The position numbers were made by a program, and so were the translations under genes. 64,000 bases of DNA, taken from assembly GCF_000150275.1 (NCBI RefSeq), contig NW_002060947.1:8402043-8466042 (forward strand). Reading direction: 5' to 3'. The notes under the pieces were generated by a model. That model did no database searches and was not told the origin of the DNA. It saw only the letters and a list, made by a program, of their open reading frames with translations. Shown one piece after another: positions 13,868 to 27,000 of this stretch. The stretch's first letter is position 1. Every line of letters starts with the position of its first letter. The DNA is from Trichoplax adhaerens. Its lineage: Eukaryota > Animalia > Placozoa.

Positions 13868-15058
13868 TGTGGTACATTACTGCACTGTCCTGCATGTTTC
13901 GTTGAATTTAAAGTCAACAGTGTCAGTGGACCTCGGTGTACTGTGTGCTGTCACTTTTATTGACAGACTCGCTTCGACTTCGATTGTGAACTGCTTTCGT
14001 GTTCAATGCGCTACAGTTGTACAATCATGTTACCTAATGACTGCCTTGTATGTTTCGACTCGTTGAATTAAAGTCAACAGTGTCAGTTGACCTCCGTGTC
14101 CTGTCACTTTTATTAACAGACTCGCTTCGACTTTGAGTGTGAACTGCTTTCGTGTTCAATGCGCTACAGTTGTAAAATCATGTTGCTTCATTACTGCACT
14201 GTCTTGGAGGTTTCGACTCGTTTAAAGTCAACCGTGTCAGTTGACTTCCATGTCCTGTGTGCTGTCACTCAGACTCGCTTCGACTTTGATTGTGAGCTGC
14301 TTTCGTATTCAATGCGCTACAGTTGTACAATCATGTTACCTAATGACTGCATTCTCTTGTATGTTTCGACTCGTTGAATTAAAGTCAACGGTGTCAGTTG
14401 ACCTCCGTGTCCTGTGTGCTGTCACTTTTATTAAAAGACTCGATTCGACTCGTTTAAAGTCAACCGTGTCAGTTGACTTCCATGTCCTGTGTGCTGTCAC
14501 TCACAGATTCGCTTCGACTTTGATTGTGAGCTGCTTTCGTATTCAATGCGCTACAGTTGTACAATCATGTTACCTAATGACTGCCTTCTCTTGTATGTTT
14601 CGACTCGTTGAATTAAGTTAAAGTGAACAATGTGTGTTAACCTCCGTGTCCTGTGTGCTGTCACTTTTACAGACTGGCTTCGTCTTTGAGTGTGAACCGC
14701 TTTCGTGTTCAATGCGCTACAGTTGTACAAACATGTTACTTCACTGTCTTGTATGTTTCAACCCGTTCAATTAAAGTCAACCGTGTCAGTGGACCTCCAT
14801 GTCCTGTGTGCTGTCACTCACAGACTCGCTTCAACTTGGAGTGTGAGCTGCTTTCGTGTCCAATGCGCCAGAGTAGAGTGGTACAATCATCTTGCTTCAT
14901 TACTGCGCTTTCTTGACTCGTTTAAAGTCAACCGTGCCAGCTGACTTCCATGTCCTGTGAGCTGCCACCCACAGACTCGCTTCAACTTTCGTGTGCACTA
15001 GAGGTCGTACAATCATGGTACAGTAGGCTACTGCACCGTATGCTTCGACTCGTTGAAT
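13868..15058. repeat. Tandem repeat array A (~150-165-bp unit, about 7.5 copies, two alternating subtypes)
   Basis: The unit marker AAAGTCAAC (one copy AAAGTGAAC) recurs at ~13910, 14070, 14224, 14381, 14456, 14620, 14773 and 14924. Segments 14214-14380 and 14446-14614 are nearly identical. Confidence 0.95.
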
Positions 15059-15204
15059 GAAAGCTGCTGTATACAGCAACGACGACTACTGCGGTACAAG
15101 GCTGCAGTATCATTACCGCAGCATTTACCTGACGGGTTTTACAAGCGGTACCGCCATGGCAGAAATGGCTACCACGCAATTTCACCTACTCCAATTACCA
15201 GTAT

Positions 15205-16795
15205 CAAAGCTAATCGTCTATTTTATATCCGTTGTCAGAGGAATAATGCAATAGGATGGACTCATTCTATAGCCTTGATGATGAGGTTGCAATCATCAAG
15301 TCTTTGTTTTACATAGTCATAATCGTTACCACGGAATTCTAACCATATAAACACGAATATACGCGGATATATCCATTTTTAGAGGATTATATAATTATAC
15401 GCTTTTATCAAAACCAATCGTCAGTTTGATACGTATATTCATTTTCAGAGGAACAATAACATAACGCAACATAACGCATTAATTCTATAGATGATGAGGT
15501 TGCAATCATCAAGTCTTGATTTTACATAGCCACAATCGTTATCAAGGAATTCTGACCGTTGTCACTACCAATATACGCGTATATCCATTTTTAGAGGAAT
15601 AATTATATAATTATACGCCTTTATCAAAACTAATCGTCTGTTTGACGCGTATATCCATTTTCAGAGGAATAATTATAATGCAACATACCGGATTCGTTCT
15701 ATAGCCTCCATAATAAGCTTGCAATTATCAAGCCTTGATTTTACATAGTAACCATCGTTACCACGGAATTCCAACCATTGCAACTACGAATATACGCGTT
15801 GTCAGAAATTCCTCTTGTGAATTGGTTATATCAAGTGTTCTAGTAATTATGCAAGGCTTCCACTGACTTGGAAGTCTTCTTCTAAGGGAAAACCAACTCT
15901 TCCACACAGTCACACAACTACTAAAGTTTCTTTCAAAGCACTGGTACTTTTTATTCGGCCATCCCTAGCCAAAGTCTAGTCTCTAGTAGATTATCCTAGT
16001 CCGGAGCAACTGGCGAATGATAATTCGCTCGGTCTTTTATACCATTCCCACTCATTTGTGGGGCATACTAGTAAGTTGCTCCCTCCATAATTTGTTTATG
16101 TTACTATAGGGAGATACTCCCAGACAATTCATATAGCTTAGTATGGGCTCAGGTTGTAAACAACACTAATGAATAACAACCAATTAATTAGCCAATCAAT
16201 GAGTATAAGCTCAGCACCAATATGAGTAATTAATTACAAGAGTAGTGCGTTCCCATAAACTAGTCCTATATTAAGTAATATTATAACCAGCTAGATATAA
16301 TTAAAGCTTTGTTGATTGCTCCGATTATAATAATTGTAAACAACCTGTCTTAATGCCCCATGGTTGCTTACCAAAACGGTAGACAACCCTGGTTAATCAA
16401 TTATTTATTACTTACTGTATCCTATAATCTACGGAGCTACGCTTCGTAACACGCGTATATCCATTTTCAGAAGAATAATATATAATTAATTATAGGCATT
16501 TATCATAGCCAATCGTCTGTTTTATGCGTATATCCATTTTCAGAGTAATAATGCAACATCACAGATTCATTCTATAGCCTCGACGATAAGGTTGCAATCA
16601 TATAGTCTTGGCTTTACATAGCAGCAATCGTTACCATGGAATTCTAACTACTGTATCTATGAATAGACGAATATATCAAACTAATCATCTATTTGACGCG
16701 TATATCCATTTTCAGGGGAATAACTATGATGCAATATGATGAATTCATTCTATAGCCTCGATGATGAGGTTGCAATCATGAAGTTAAAATTTTTT
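15205..16795. repeat. Tandem repeat array B (~215-bp unit, about 5 copies), interrupted by a solo LTR
   Basis: The core TTCTATAG..GATGAGGTTGCAATCAT recurs at ~15280, 15492, 15712, 16583 and 16762, and ATATCCATTTT(C/T)AGAGGA also recurs. The period is preserved once the 15800-16456 insert is removed. Confidence 0.92.
15800..16451 (-). mobile_element. Solo LTR of an LTR retrotransposon (652 bp, 5-bp TSD CGCGT)
   Basis: Begins TGTCAGAA and ends TTCGTAACA (TG...CA, imperfect inverted termini). Flanked by CGCGT at 15795-15799 and 16452-16456. On the minus strand TATAAAA (16035-16041) lies ~85 nt upstream of AATAAA (15950-15955). It interrupts a unit of array B cleanly. Confidence 0.85.
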
Positions 16796-16843
16796 GACAG
16801 GGAAATTTCCATGGAACTACTGAAATAACGGTATTTATGTTCT

Positions 16844-16872
16844 ATGGATACGAATATGGATACGAATATGGA
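16844..16872. repeat. Short 12-mer tandem repeat (ATGGATACGAAT)
   Basis: atggatacgaat atggatacgaat atgga, with a related copy at ~16942. Confidence 0.7.
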
Positions 16873-17598
16873 CGAGATAAAATACCATATAATAAATATA
16901 TATATATAATAAAATATAATAAATAGATAAATGTTCTATCAATACGAATATGGACAAGGTAAAATATCAACAGCATGAATTGAATAATCAAGAAATAGAT
17001 ATTTATTTTGCAGTTTTTCTTTTCATTATAATTATCAATTAATATCAATGGCAATCATTTCCCTTCCATTCTTATACGCGTATACTGTAGAATCGATTAC
17101 GGAGTCATTTCAAATATGTAATTATCAGTTAACCACAGTAAAAAGATCATAATTTTCCAATCTGAATTCAAGTAATACAATTGCAAGAGCAAATTATCAT
17201 CAACTGATGGGCCCATTTTACATATTATAGGATTTATTGACAATGACGCCTATACAAATAACATCGACATAAAAAAACGGAAAGATCATTTACGTGAGAA
17301 CTACAGTAGTTTTGACAGTGTTTCTTATGCTGTTTGTAAATTATTATAGTACAAAATCGTGCCTATATATTCTGGTGAGATCTATCCATACCGAATCATC
17401 AAAAATTAATTGGATTAGATAGCTACTATAGTGACTCCATTCATGGATATTGTTATTTTACTTTATGATAGTAATAAATTTGCAATCTTGATCTAGTACA
17501 CTGTTGTAAGATATTAATTATCAGTCAATCAAGAAATTTGCGATCGATTTCAATAAAATAATTGAATATAAAATCTATATAAAAATGGAGAATAAGGC

Positions 17599-20500
17599 TT
17601 ATGATAATATCGCATTTTTGTCTGATGGCCCACTTGTAGCAGCAATTTGCCAATCGTTTAAATATCTATTGCGATGAGAAAAAATCAATAATCAATAAGT
17701 AATTCTAATCACCATTACTATCGAAATAATGGCACGATAGAATGGAGATTCTACAGTAAAATTAAGCCACTGCTCAAGAATTCATTATCAATTATACTTA
17801 CTGGTCGTAATTCAAGTTGTTTGTCCAACGAATTAATTCCTCAACATCTAAGGAATCTTCAATATCGCCTCCTTCCAAGGTTTCTTCGAGGGCCTGTTTA
17901 CCCTGATTATACCTAGAAAAATAGATTTTCATCATCATTGTATTAAATTATTGCAAGATGGATCGAATCCATTCAATATCGCATATCTACATGCGATACA
18001 TCGCTTTTATTATTACAGGAATAGAGTATTATTATTCGAGACATAATTACATTTTATGGAACCATTCTAATTTCTTTAATTTCTTTTTTCTCTCGAGATC
18101 TTGCCTCCTTAGCAGCTGAAAAATCATAAAAGTGCATATTTAGGGAACATTTTTACCTAATAATAAGTCATAAAAAATTTAAATAGAATCAAAATCATCG
18201 TAAAGGAGGAATAGTTACCTTAGTATGAGAAAAATTAATTTGTTTTTGGCTTGTAGTATAAGTTATATCATCTCCAGTAAAATGTTGGAAAGGCTAAATA
18301 TTACAATAGTTAAATGATTTGTATTTGATACATCATAACCGTGTAAAAATAGTATACATTAAAAAGGTAATATGACCATTTTCCTAACATATTGTGAAAA
18401 GAACACTTGATAAATTAAAAATAGAGACTCACTTTTTCAGAAATAGAACGCCAGCCATTATTTTCATGTCTTCGATACCAACCCCTTTTATCTAAAGGAA
18501 ATAAAAATGAACATGATAAGTAAATTACTTTGTTAGATAAATGCTGCTACAGAATATTATGAATCCAACTGTATTGGAACATAGAAAAACGAAATAAAAT
18601 TTTCATACCATACGATCATTATTAGAGCTTACCATCTCGTTGAATGATGGCATTTCTATTATTGGCCTGTTTGGCTGTTAGCTTCCTATTTGCCATTTTT
18701 GTATAATCTCGCGGTGCGGTCGAGCAAATATCAGCTACATTGCGATGTGTATAAATCTTATAATAGATTGTTGGCGGAAATGTTTCCTGGATCATTACGA
18801 GCAAGAGATCAACATTATGAAAGTATCATAGAATATCGACATAAATACGTGTTGGTATCTTTAATTATCTATATTCCAGTAATTGGAAAATGTTCTTACC
18901 CCTCCAAGTCTAAACTTGACATGGCTTCCAGATGCTGCATCGAGTAATTTCGACTGTCAATTTGGCCATAATCGAGGTTAGATAATGTATTGATATTGTT
19001 GGATTTAATCAATTTTGAAGAAATAAAACTACAATAAATTACCTCCTGTGGGTTAATACACCGTAGTAATTTGGCTGGATCGCCGGATAGTTTAAAACTG
19101 ATCAATTTACGATAGTAGCGATAGACACGGCGATCCTAGAGATAGAGTAATTTATAATCAATGAAATAGGGAACTATTCGGTACTATTTATAATTAAGGA
19201 ATAATTTTAGTCTATAAATATAGTAAATATAAAACATAAAATAGTACACTGGTTATTAGATCTTACCAAGTAACTTCGCCATGCTCGTTGTATAATTTCG
19301 CATGCATCTTCAACGAGCATAGTTCTAACAGGTTTTGTGCGAATGACAACAGGCTGAACGGGTTGATAGTTATAATTAGATGATCTTCGATCTGGACTAA
19401 TACTTGGATCAGGACTTGTTGTAGTACTGTATGATGCCTGTTTATCACATAGAAATGGAGCTGGTGATGGTTTCCTGCTAGAACGATTTGAGTGGCCCTT
19501 CGACCGAATTGTCGTTGATCCTTTAATCACAACAGATGGACTTCTGGAACGGCTTTTGGATGGAACAGTAGTAGATCCTTTGATTTCATCAGATGGACTA
19601 TTTTTGTCATAATGAGATGATGTATGTGTATGTCGAGAACGACGAGATGCACTTTCGGAATAGGAGGAATAAGAGTACGAATAAGAACTTCCTGTAACAC
19701 TTGATCTATCATCGTCTTCTATGTAACGGCCAGTTTTATCATATCCATGCTTATTACGCCACCATTGTTGGATTATCATTGCGCAAAAATTCTCAAATCT
19801 ATCCATGTTCAATGAAATCATATTAGTCATAATGAATAGAATCAATGGCTTACTAATTTCATGCATTGTCGAAGCACTGTAATTAAATCCTTTACGTTAC
19901 ACGTAGATGGATTTTTAGCCAAACTCTGGCAAATACTTATATCGATGCAGAGCTAATTACTTACGTTTCAATATTTGATTTGGAGTGTTCTTCCTGGAAC
20001 CAATTATAGTAAATTTCAAGCCTTAAGCGAGCTGATGTCTATATGGAAACAATTAAATTACGAGTTAGATTCTCCATCTTAATTACCTGTAATCTTTAAA
20101 CTACTTAAAGTGTTTGTGGTCCTTGTAGTAGGCAGTTTAACATAATCTGACTACAGTGGTATCCTAATATAACAAGTACGATTAGGGACAACTCATAGGA
20201 AATTTTTTTCCCTTAAGTTGTCCTTGGTATGACTATACTGGCATAATTTTCATCATAATGTATTAATTGGGTTACTTGTTAATTGAATACAGCGATAAAC
20301 GAAATATATGTTTTACCTTGGACCCTTCGGAGGTGGTACTGGCTGATACTAGGGATTCTAGATCCGCTAATCGACTATGTGCCGATCGGCTATAAGTAGA
20401 ATTGGCGATCATGCTTAAGCGAATATTTAATGCTGCAAACCATTTACATCTATAATCAGATCAAAAGATAAAAGATGAATTGCGGATGTATTTTACATTT

Positions 20501-22079
20501 TTATTAATCTTATACTAGAGGAATCAAGTTGATTCCTTTATAACTTGCTCAATTCATTCATCTCAATTGTCAGACTTTACCAATACAACTTGTAAACTGT
20601 CCGAAATTTTTTGGTCTAAATTCTCTCTAATACAACTTTTACTCATATTACGATATAATCTATATTAATCCAACTAATCATATTGAGAAATGAATTTAGT
20701 AAAATAGAAAATTCGTGAGCTAAAGATTTAAGCTAGATGGAATTACATACGAATGTATGATTTGAGTTAACGTAATATATGATAAAATTTAGTAATCGAA
20801 CTTAATTCGCAATATACTTGTATTAGTTTAGGGAGATTACAGTACCTTAATTGATATCCTCTCCATGCTCTTTGAATTTCTATAGCCGCAGCTACACGCT
20901 GTAATTTCGGTCCATTTTTACCATTTAAATATTTCTATAGCAGAATATCGATAGTTATAACATTAACCGATTACAGCTGTACTTAAGGCCTTCGCCATTA
21001 CAAATAGATCTTTCATTTAATAGTATATTAATATTATAGAATTGGTATACGAGTACTGACCCGACGTTGACTTTTTGAGACAGCCGCTAAATGCGAACCT
21101 TCACTTCCAGCTGTAAATAAATTAAATTTTTACAGATGACTATCTTAAAACTAAACTGGGAATTATATAATAAAATAATCATGAAAAGTCTACTAATCTA
21201 TCTATCAATATAAGAGTTAAATTAATAATACTTTTACTTACTTCTTCCATTAAAATCTACTTCCTGAATGATTTTTCTAACTATATTTCGACTGATCATG
21301 TTTATTTATTATGATCGTAATTTAGGAGTTACTTAAAACGCTATCCACAAATAGTTAGGTCACAGCTCAACCAAATCTTAATTCATAATTTCAGTAACCA
21401 TTAGTTATTATTCCTAATTGGATACTACAAATTAATCTCTTTCCTAAAATGAAAACAGGCAGAAGGTGTAACATTTCCTTTAGTTAAATAGCCCACTTAG
21501 GTTTCATGAAAGATGAATAAATGCATAATTTTTCACCATACATCTTTAAAAGTGTAGTAAGTATACGATAGACTGAAGACTAAACTGTATACACTAATAC
21601 GATACTTATAAAACTACTTTAAATCAGCCCACAAGACATGAATGAATAAATTATTAAAGCACTGAAATAGGAAAAGCAAAACTTTAAAATCTTTTAGGCT
21701 TTTAATATTAAGACAAATGGTTATATGCTAATAGTATACGGCATACTTAACATATTTTTATGAAAGCTTGATCTAAAAGTTCCTACTGAACAGAAATATA
21801 ATAACGATCTATCGGCAAATATTATGATGATAAAACGAATGCAATCTATCCGGAATTAGGCCACACAATCTATTTGGGGCATGGAGGGCTGAGAATATCT
21901 TGCGTTGACGTCAATTTTAAAATATAATAACTGTTATTGATATAATATACCATTCTAGTAAGTTTATATTTACTTCATCATAGGGAAAAAATACTGAAAG
22001 TAACTAAATTATAGACAACAATTTTATACTAACGTTTCGTCATGATGGTTTATCAAGTTCTATAATAATTACTTACCAT
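17599..22079 (-). CDS. C11orf65: MFI/C11orf65-like protein with N-terminal IQ-motif and Ser/Arg-rich extension
   Basis: The C-terminal exons encode IIQRAWRSYL-DRRVYRYYRKLI...INPQE-SKLLDAASGSHVKFRLGG-ETFPPTIYYKIYTHR..DICSTAPRDY..GWYRRHENNGWR..RRQDLERKKKLKKLEWFHKM..WTNNLNYDQYLNDW, matching remembered C11orf65 motifs. Upstream in-phase exons near 19.96-20.04k, 20.32-20.39k, 20.85-20.93k, 21.06-21.11k and 21.24-21.26k lead back to ATG|gtaag at 22079-22077. The start codon is less certain than the C-terminal half. Confidence 0.85.
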
Positions 22080-22428
22080 GGTGTTATATCACTAAAACAA
22101 ACTCTTGATGTAAAATTCAAATATTTCCCAGTCTATAATCGCTACAGTGAGGAGTTTTGATAAATTATCCTCAAGATATCCCAATACAGATAAGCTTGTT
22201 TAAATGTTTCAAAATAAGTCAATAGTCGGTGAAACAGCTTAATAAATAAGTTTCTGCGAAATCTTAGGTAAAGTAACTTTTAAATATTTCAATATTAGAA
22301 AGCCGTTGTTTGAAAACCTGCAACAGTACTATTAATGTTTTATATTATTTATTATGGTATACGGGTGCTTAGTTAAATAATTGATTATGGCAGGATCATC
22401 CTTCCATGCTGTGGACTATTGTCATCCA

Positions 22429-22442
22429 GTTGCTATAGCAAC
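22429..22442. promoter_or_regulatory. RFX X-box (perfect palindrome) upstream of the MFI/C11orf65-like gene
   Basis: GTTGCTATAGCAAC fits the GTTGCYATRGCAAC consensus and lies 350 bp upstream of the predicted ATG. Confidence 0.75.
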
Positions 22443-24000
22443 GTCGTTTACGCTAACTTCATACTAATCTCTGTAGATTGGTAGCAGAATCAATGAAGAA
22501 CAATAATGGTTATTACGCTATAGAATTAATATAATTTAATATAACATTATATATTGAATATATTGATCTACATTGATACATTTCATACATTAATTTTCGT
22601 TTGTAAGCTAATATAAATAATACTAAGTCGATAAAGAGTTAAGTCAAGATGAACTGGCAAGGATTCTAGATATATGGAGTATTCGTACTGCCATGATGAT
22701 CCGTATGTAGTAACTAATTATTCAATTTTTAAAAAAGATGAAGAAAAGAAATTTTTTATCGCTATGACACATGATGAACTAAATATTTCTAGCGTACTAA
22801 AATTTAAGAATTTAATATAATATAATCACCCTCCCCCCCCCAAAAAAAAAAAAAAAACTAATTATGTTCTAGACTGATAACCACTTTTTACACTCATTAC
22901 TTCGATAAAATCAGTGGCTTATATTAATTAGTAAGCCTAGACTGCATTTTGAGTCACTAGTAATGGTAGGTATAGTTCAGACAATTAACATAATCATATC
23001 TTCGCCAACAAGGTTAGCCTCTGGACTAACAAAGATTAAAAATAACTATGGAATATTACTCCAAATGTTTCTCTTCTTGTACTTTTATTTCATTGTGGTG
23101 AGATTGTTTAAAATCACTAGGTAGTTATATAATTGGTCATGTCTTTAGTAAATATTACTGTAACTTTAGCGGGAAAACGTTACTATAATACATACTTCTA
23201 TTATAACAATTTACCGTTACTCAATATAATAATGGATTCACTAGAGTTTGAATACTGAAATAAATAGATACATTTATACAAATAAACCGTAGAAATATAG
23301 AATGTGCTAGGTTATAAAGCATCATATCTGCTTATGGTTCCTAAAAATGAGCATTTTATACCGACTAAATTTGCAATTACAGGCTATAATAATTTTAACT
23401 TATTCTAGAGATAATTTAGACGTTGAATTTATTTCAAAAGTACTCTTAACTCATAAAGATTAAATATTTATTAGAATATAAAATCATAATAAATTTACTT
23501 TTTTCAATCTGTAACTTTACGATAGTAAAGTTTCTGATATGATAGACCGTTTACGGTTATATATGACAAAATTTTGGATTTCTCGAATAAATCAATTAAC
23601 TGCATTATAAAAGTATTATTAGCTACAATTTCGGTTATATTATAGAATTATTCCATATAATTAATTTACTATGGATCGATCAGAGCTTGCTCACATAAGG
23701 AATTCGGATCGGAATTCATTAGTTAGAAATTAACAATAAAAGAATTTACTTTACATAATATAATGATTCGTAAAAATTCCAAAAAACGATTAAAATTTAA
23801 AAGTTGGTAATAATTCAACAATAGGGTTCATTTCGATTTAAAACCTATTAAATGCAAATCTTAAGTTTTGCAGATATTCTCTTCGGTGTGGCTAAAGTAA
23901 AAATTGTGCCTTTAGCAGTATATATATATACATGTGGTTTTCAAAATAAATTTTTAAACATCCAAACATTGTCATTTCTAGTGGTACAGCTATTTCGTTT

Positions 24001-27000
24001 TCAGTATTGATCAAGAGTTAAATTATGTAATTTTAATATATGTTTAACTGTTTTCCGTTTGAAATCGTTCCATGCCGTTTGAGCTTGAAAATTTTGTTTC
24101 AAGGCATCTTCACTGGGATACGGTTGGGTCTAGGAAAAATATGAAGGAGCAAAAATAATTAAGCTACCATCTCAAAATTGGCTAGCTTAATAAACAATAA
24201 AGAGGTAAAATAGCTATTGAAATGGGATACTATACCTCGAAGCGTAATATCTCTTTCGCATGATTTGTTAAATGTTCTTGGAGAAATTCTTTAGAGATCA
24301 TTATGCATTCAGCGCCATTGCTAACCTGCATGGCAAATAATCATGATATTTAGTACCTCTATTGAACTATTACTGCGCAAAAATTTAGCTTCTACAAATG
24401 ACATTATAGCCATCGTAATCTATAATTAAGTATAATAATCCGGTACAAAAGTAACGATAAGTTACGTTATCAAAGGAAGAGTTATGCTAAATTAATGTAT
24501 TGATTACATGATACTACCATGCTTAATATCTTATTATTGAAAATGATGCTGTAATGATAGCATTAGAGCACGTATAGTTAAAAAATACAAATGTTGTATA
24601 GATCAAATTATATTTCACGATAGATCGAATGCATGTATCTGCGAAGGCATATCACAAATAGCTAGCGCTAATATTTTAATAGCTTACCAAACTTGTTCCA
24701 ATCACATCGTCAAATATAATATTTTCCAGCCCCTACGTGAAGGAATACATCTGTTAACAATTTTCAAAACTGACTGTTTCCGATTCAAATACTAACGTAA
24801 ATTTCTCTTTGCTTTAGTAATTTAATTTTGAGATAGCAATGTTTAGAATGAGAAGATTTGGGCTGTCGTCGATTTCCGGCATAAAGATAGCTGTGAGTGT
24901 TCGTATCCTTCTGTCATGAAATAGCATACAAACAAATACTTCATAAAAGATGAACATGAAATGTAGTTTAAAATAAAGAAGAGATTAATAATTGCCGTGG
25001 ATTAAGTATCCATAGTAGCATACTTTTTTATTCTTATATAATTTCTTGTAGACTTCCTCTAATTGTTGCTCATGCACTCTCAAATCTTCTTGAACTGTGA
25101 TTAATTCAATGTTATCATCGTAAGTGTAAGTTAATACAGGGTCGATATCATTTAAGGCGTATTACATTAGCTTTTATAAGCCCATTTATAAGCTACTCAT
25201 GAATCTATTTACCGTCTTCGTTATGTAGCTGCTGAAGTTCGCTTAAATTTGGTAATTTGGAATCCTACAAAATGTTGATATTAAAATAAGCATTTAATAA
25301 TTTTATATTGCTTTGATTTCTGATTTAAGTTTACATTTAATTCTTCATCCTGACAGTAAGCCATAAGATGCACTGATTCTTTTACTACTATTACTATTTC
25401 TACGCTATAAACACGATGAAATTAGCTTTACAGTTTATGTCCCTTAATTTATTTATAAATGTAGAGTTACGGCGAAAAATAGTCAGAAATTTTCTCACAT
25501 GATAAACCCACTCTTCGGTATCAGATTGAATGGCTGCTATCCTATAGCTGCCATCTTCAATTCTCGGTAAGACAATTTCCGGAGTCGTTTTCGGTCTTCT
25601 ATGACCCTTAGAGAAGAGTAAGCTATCTACATTCAGGCTTGGTGAAGTTTTAGTTGTACTGGCAAGTCCTTTAGATAACGAAAAGTTGATTCATCTTAGA
25701 TTTAATACGCTGATATATTTGCAGTTTAAATATTTTCTCTAGCTAACAGAAGAAGTTTAGTTTACATGCAGCGTAAACTGTGTCATAAATTATACAATGC
25801 CGATTGTACAAAAAAAATTTCTTTAAACAGTACTGTAACATATTATTTTAAGATTTTAAACTTTTCATTGAAACATAATTATTAGTTATTAATATTAATA
25901 GGATAATTAAATTAAAAATTTACTAATAGATTAACATGACTTACTTTGGAAAGCATATAACGATTTGGCTAATGGCGGCAAGGACGGGATAAATTTATTA
26001 TTTTCGTTCTTGCGATCTATGTCATATTCCGAATGATACTTCCAGAATTCTTCCAGTTCCGATAATGGTCGACTTCGAGGTGGAATAGAATCCTTTACAC
26101 GCATTCTTTTTAAAACTTCACAATACCCCTATTAATGGATTTGCAAAGCTGGTTAATAGGATTAGATATTACGCGAAAGGACTGCAATATCAATCAGAAG
26201 TTGTACATTAACTGGAATTTGATGCCAAATTAGAAATGAGTCATAATCTTATTTATAGTCTGACTAGCATAAGGATCTATTTTTCTATAGGGTATCGATA
26301 GCGATTGAAAGGTATCAGTAGTTGAAAAGATTATAAATATTTATATGAAAGATCATACCGATTTAACGATGTATACCCAATCTGAACGACTAGAATCGCG
26401 TACGACTACTGCTCCACGCCTACAAATGGTAAATGATTACCAAAATAGAAATTAGTATCAATTATTTAACCCATCTTAACTTAAATTATTTTGATCCCCG
26501 TGCTATATGTAGTAAAGACATCAGTGTATTTTCTAATTACTACTTAAATTGCCAAATCTTCAGCATATAGTGGGCAATTCGTGATCAAAATCTAAATTCT
26601 AACCAATTTAATAGACTAAAAACTTTATAAAAATTTCGAATTGACCGACTGTCATATGGAAGTATTTCTAATTTAATCTCACTACTTAAAAAAGAATCAA
26701 TTTAATGATAAAATATTATACTGCAGAGTACCGGTACCTGAAATAATGAAATAAGCAGACGCCTGGATTATTGCTTAATAATGATAAAGGAATGTGTTGC
26801 ATGGAAGGAATTGTCCTATATTAAAAATTATTCGTCGCAAAAGAAATAAATTTACTTCACAAATAAATGAAAGAATATTCATTGATTCAATCAATTCTAA
26901 ACTATACCGTAGAAAGATAATATGATCTGGTTCACCACCGGTTTCTTTGTAACCCATAAATAAATTCATAAAAGCCTAATTTAGTTCCCAAGAAGAATAA

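Noticed and set aside
13869-15316. ORFs within array A (LKSTVSVD.. repeats)
   Set aside because: Unit lengths are not multiples of three and the frames shift between copies, so these are by-products of the repeat.
13868-16795. Arrays A and B as CRISPR-like arrays
   Set aside because: Whole units are homologous with no unique spacers, there are no cas genes, and the context is intron-rich eukaryotic DNA.
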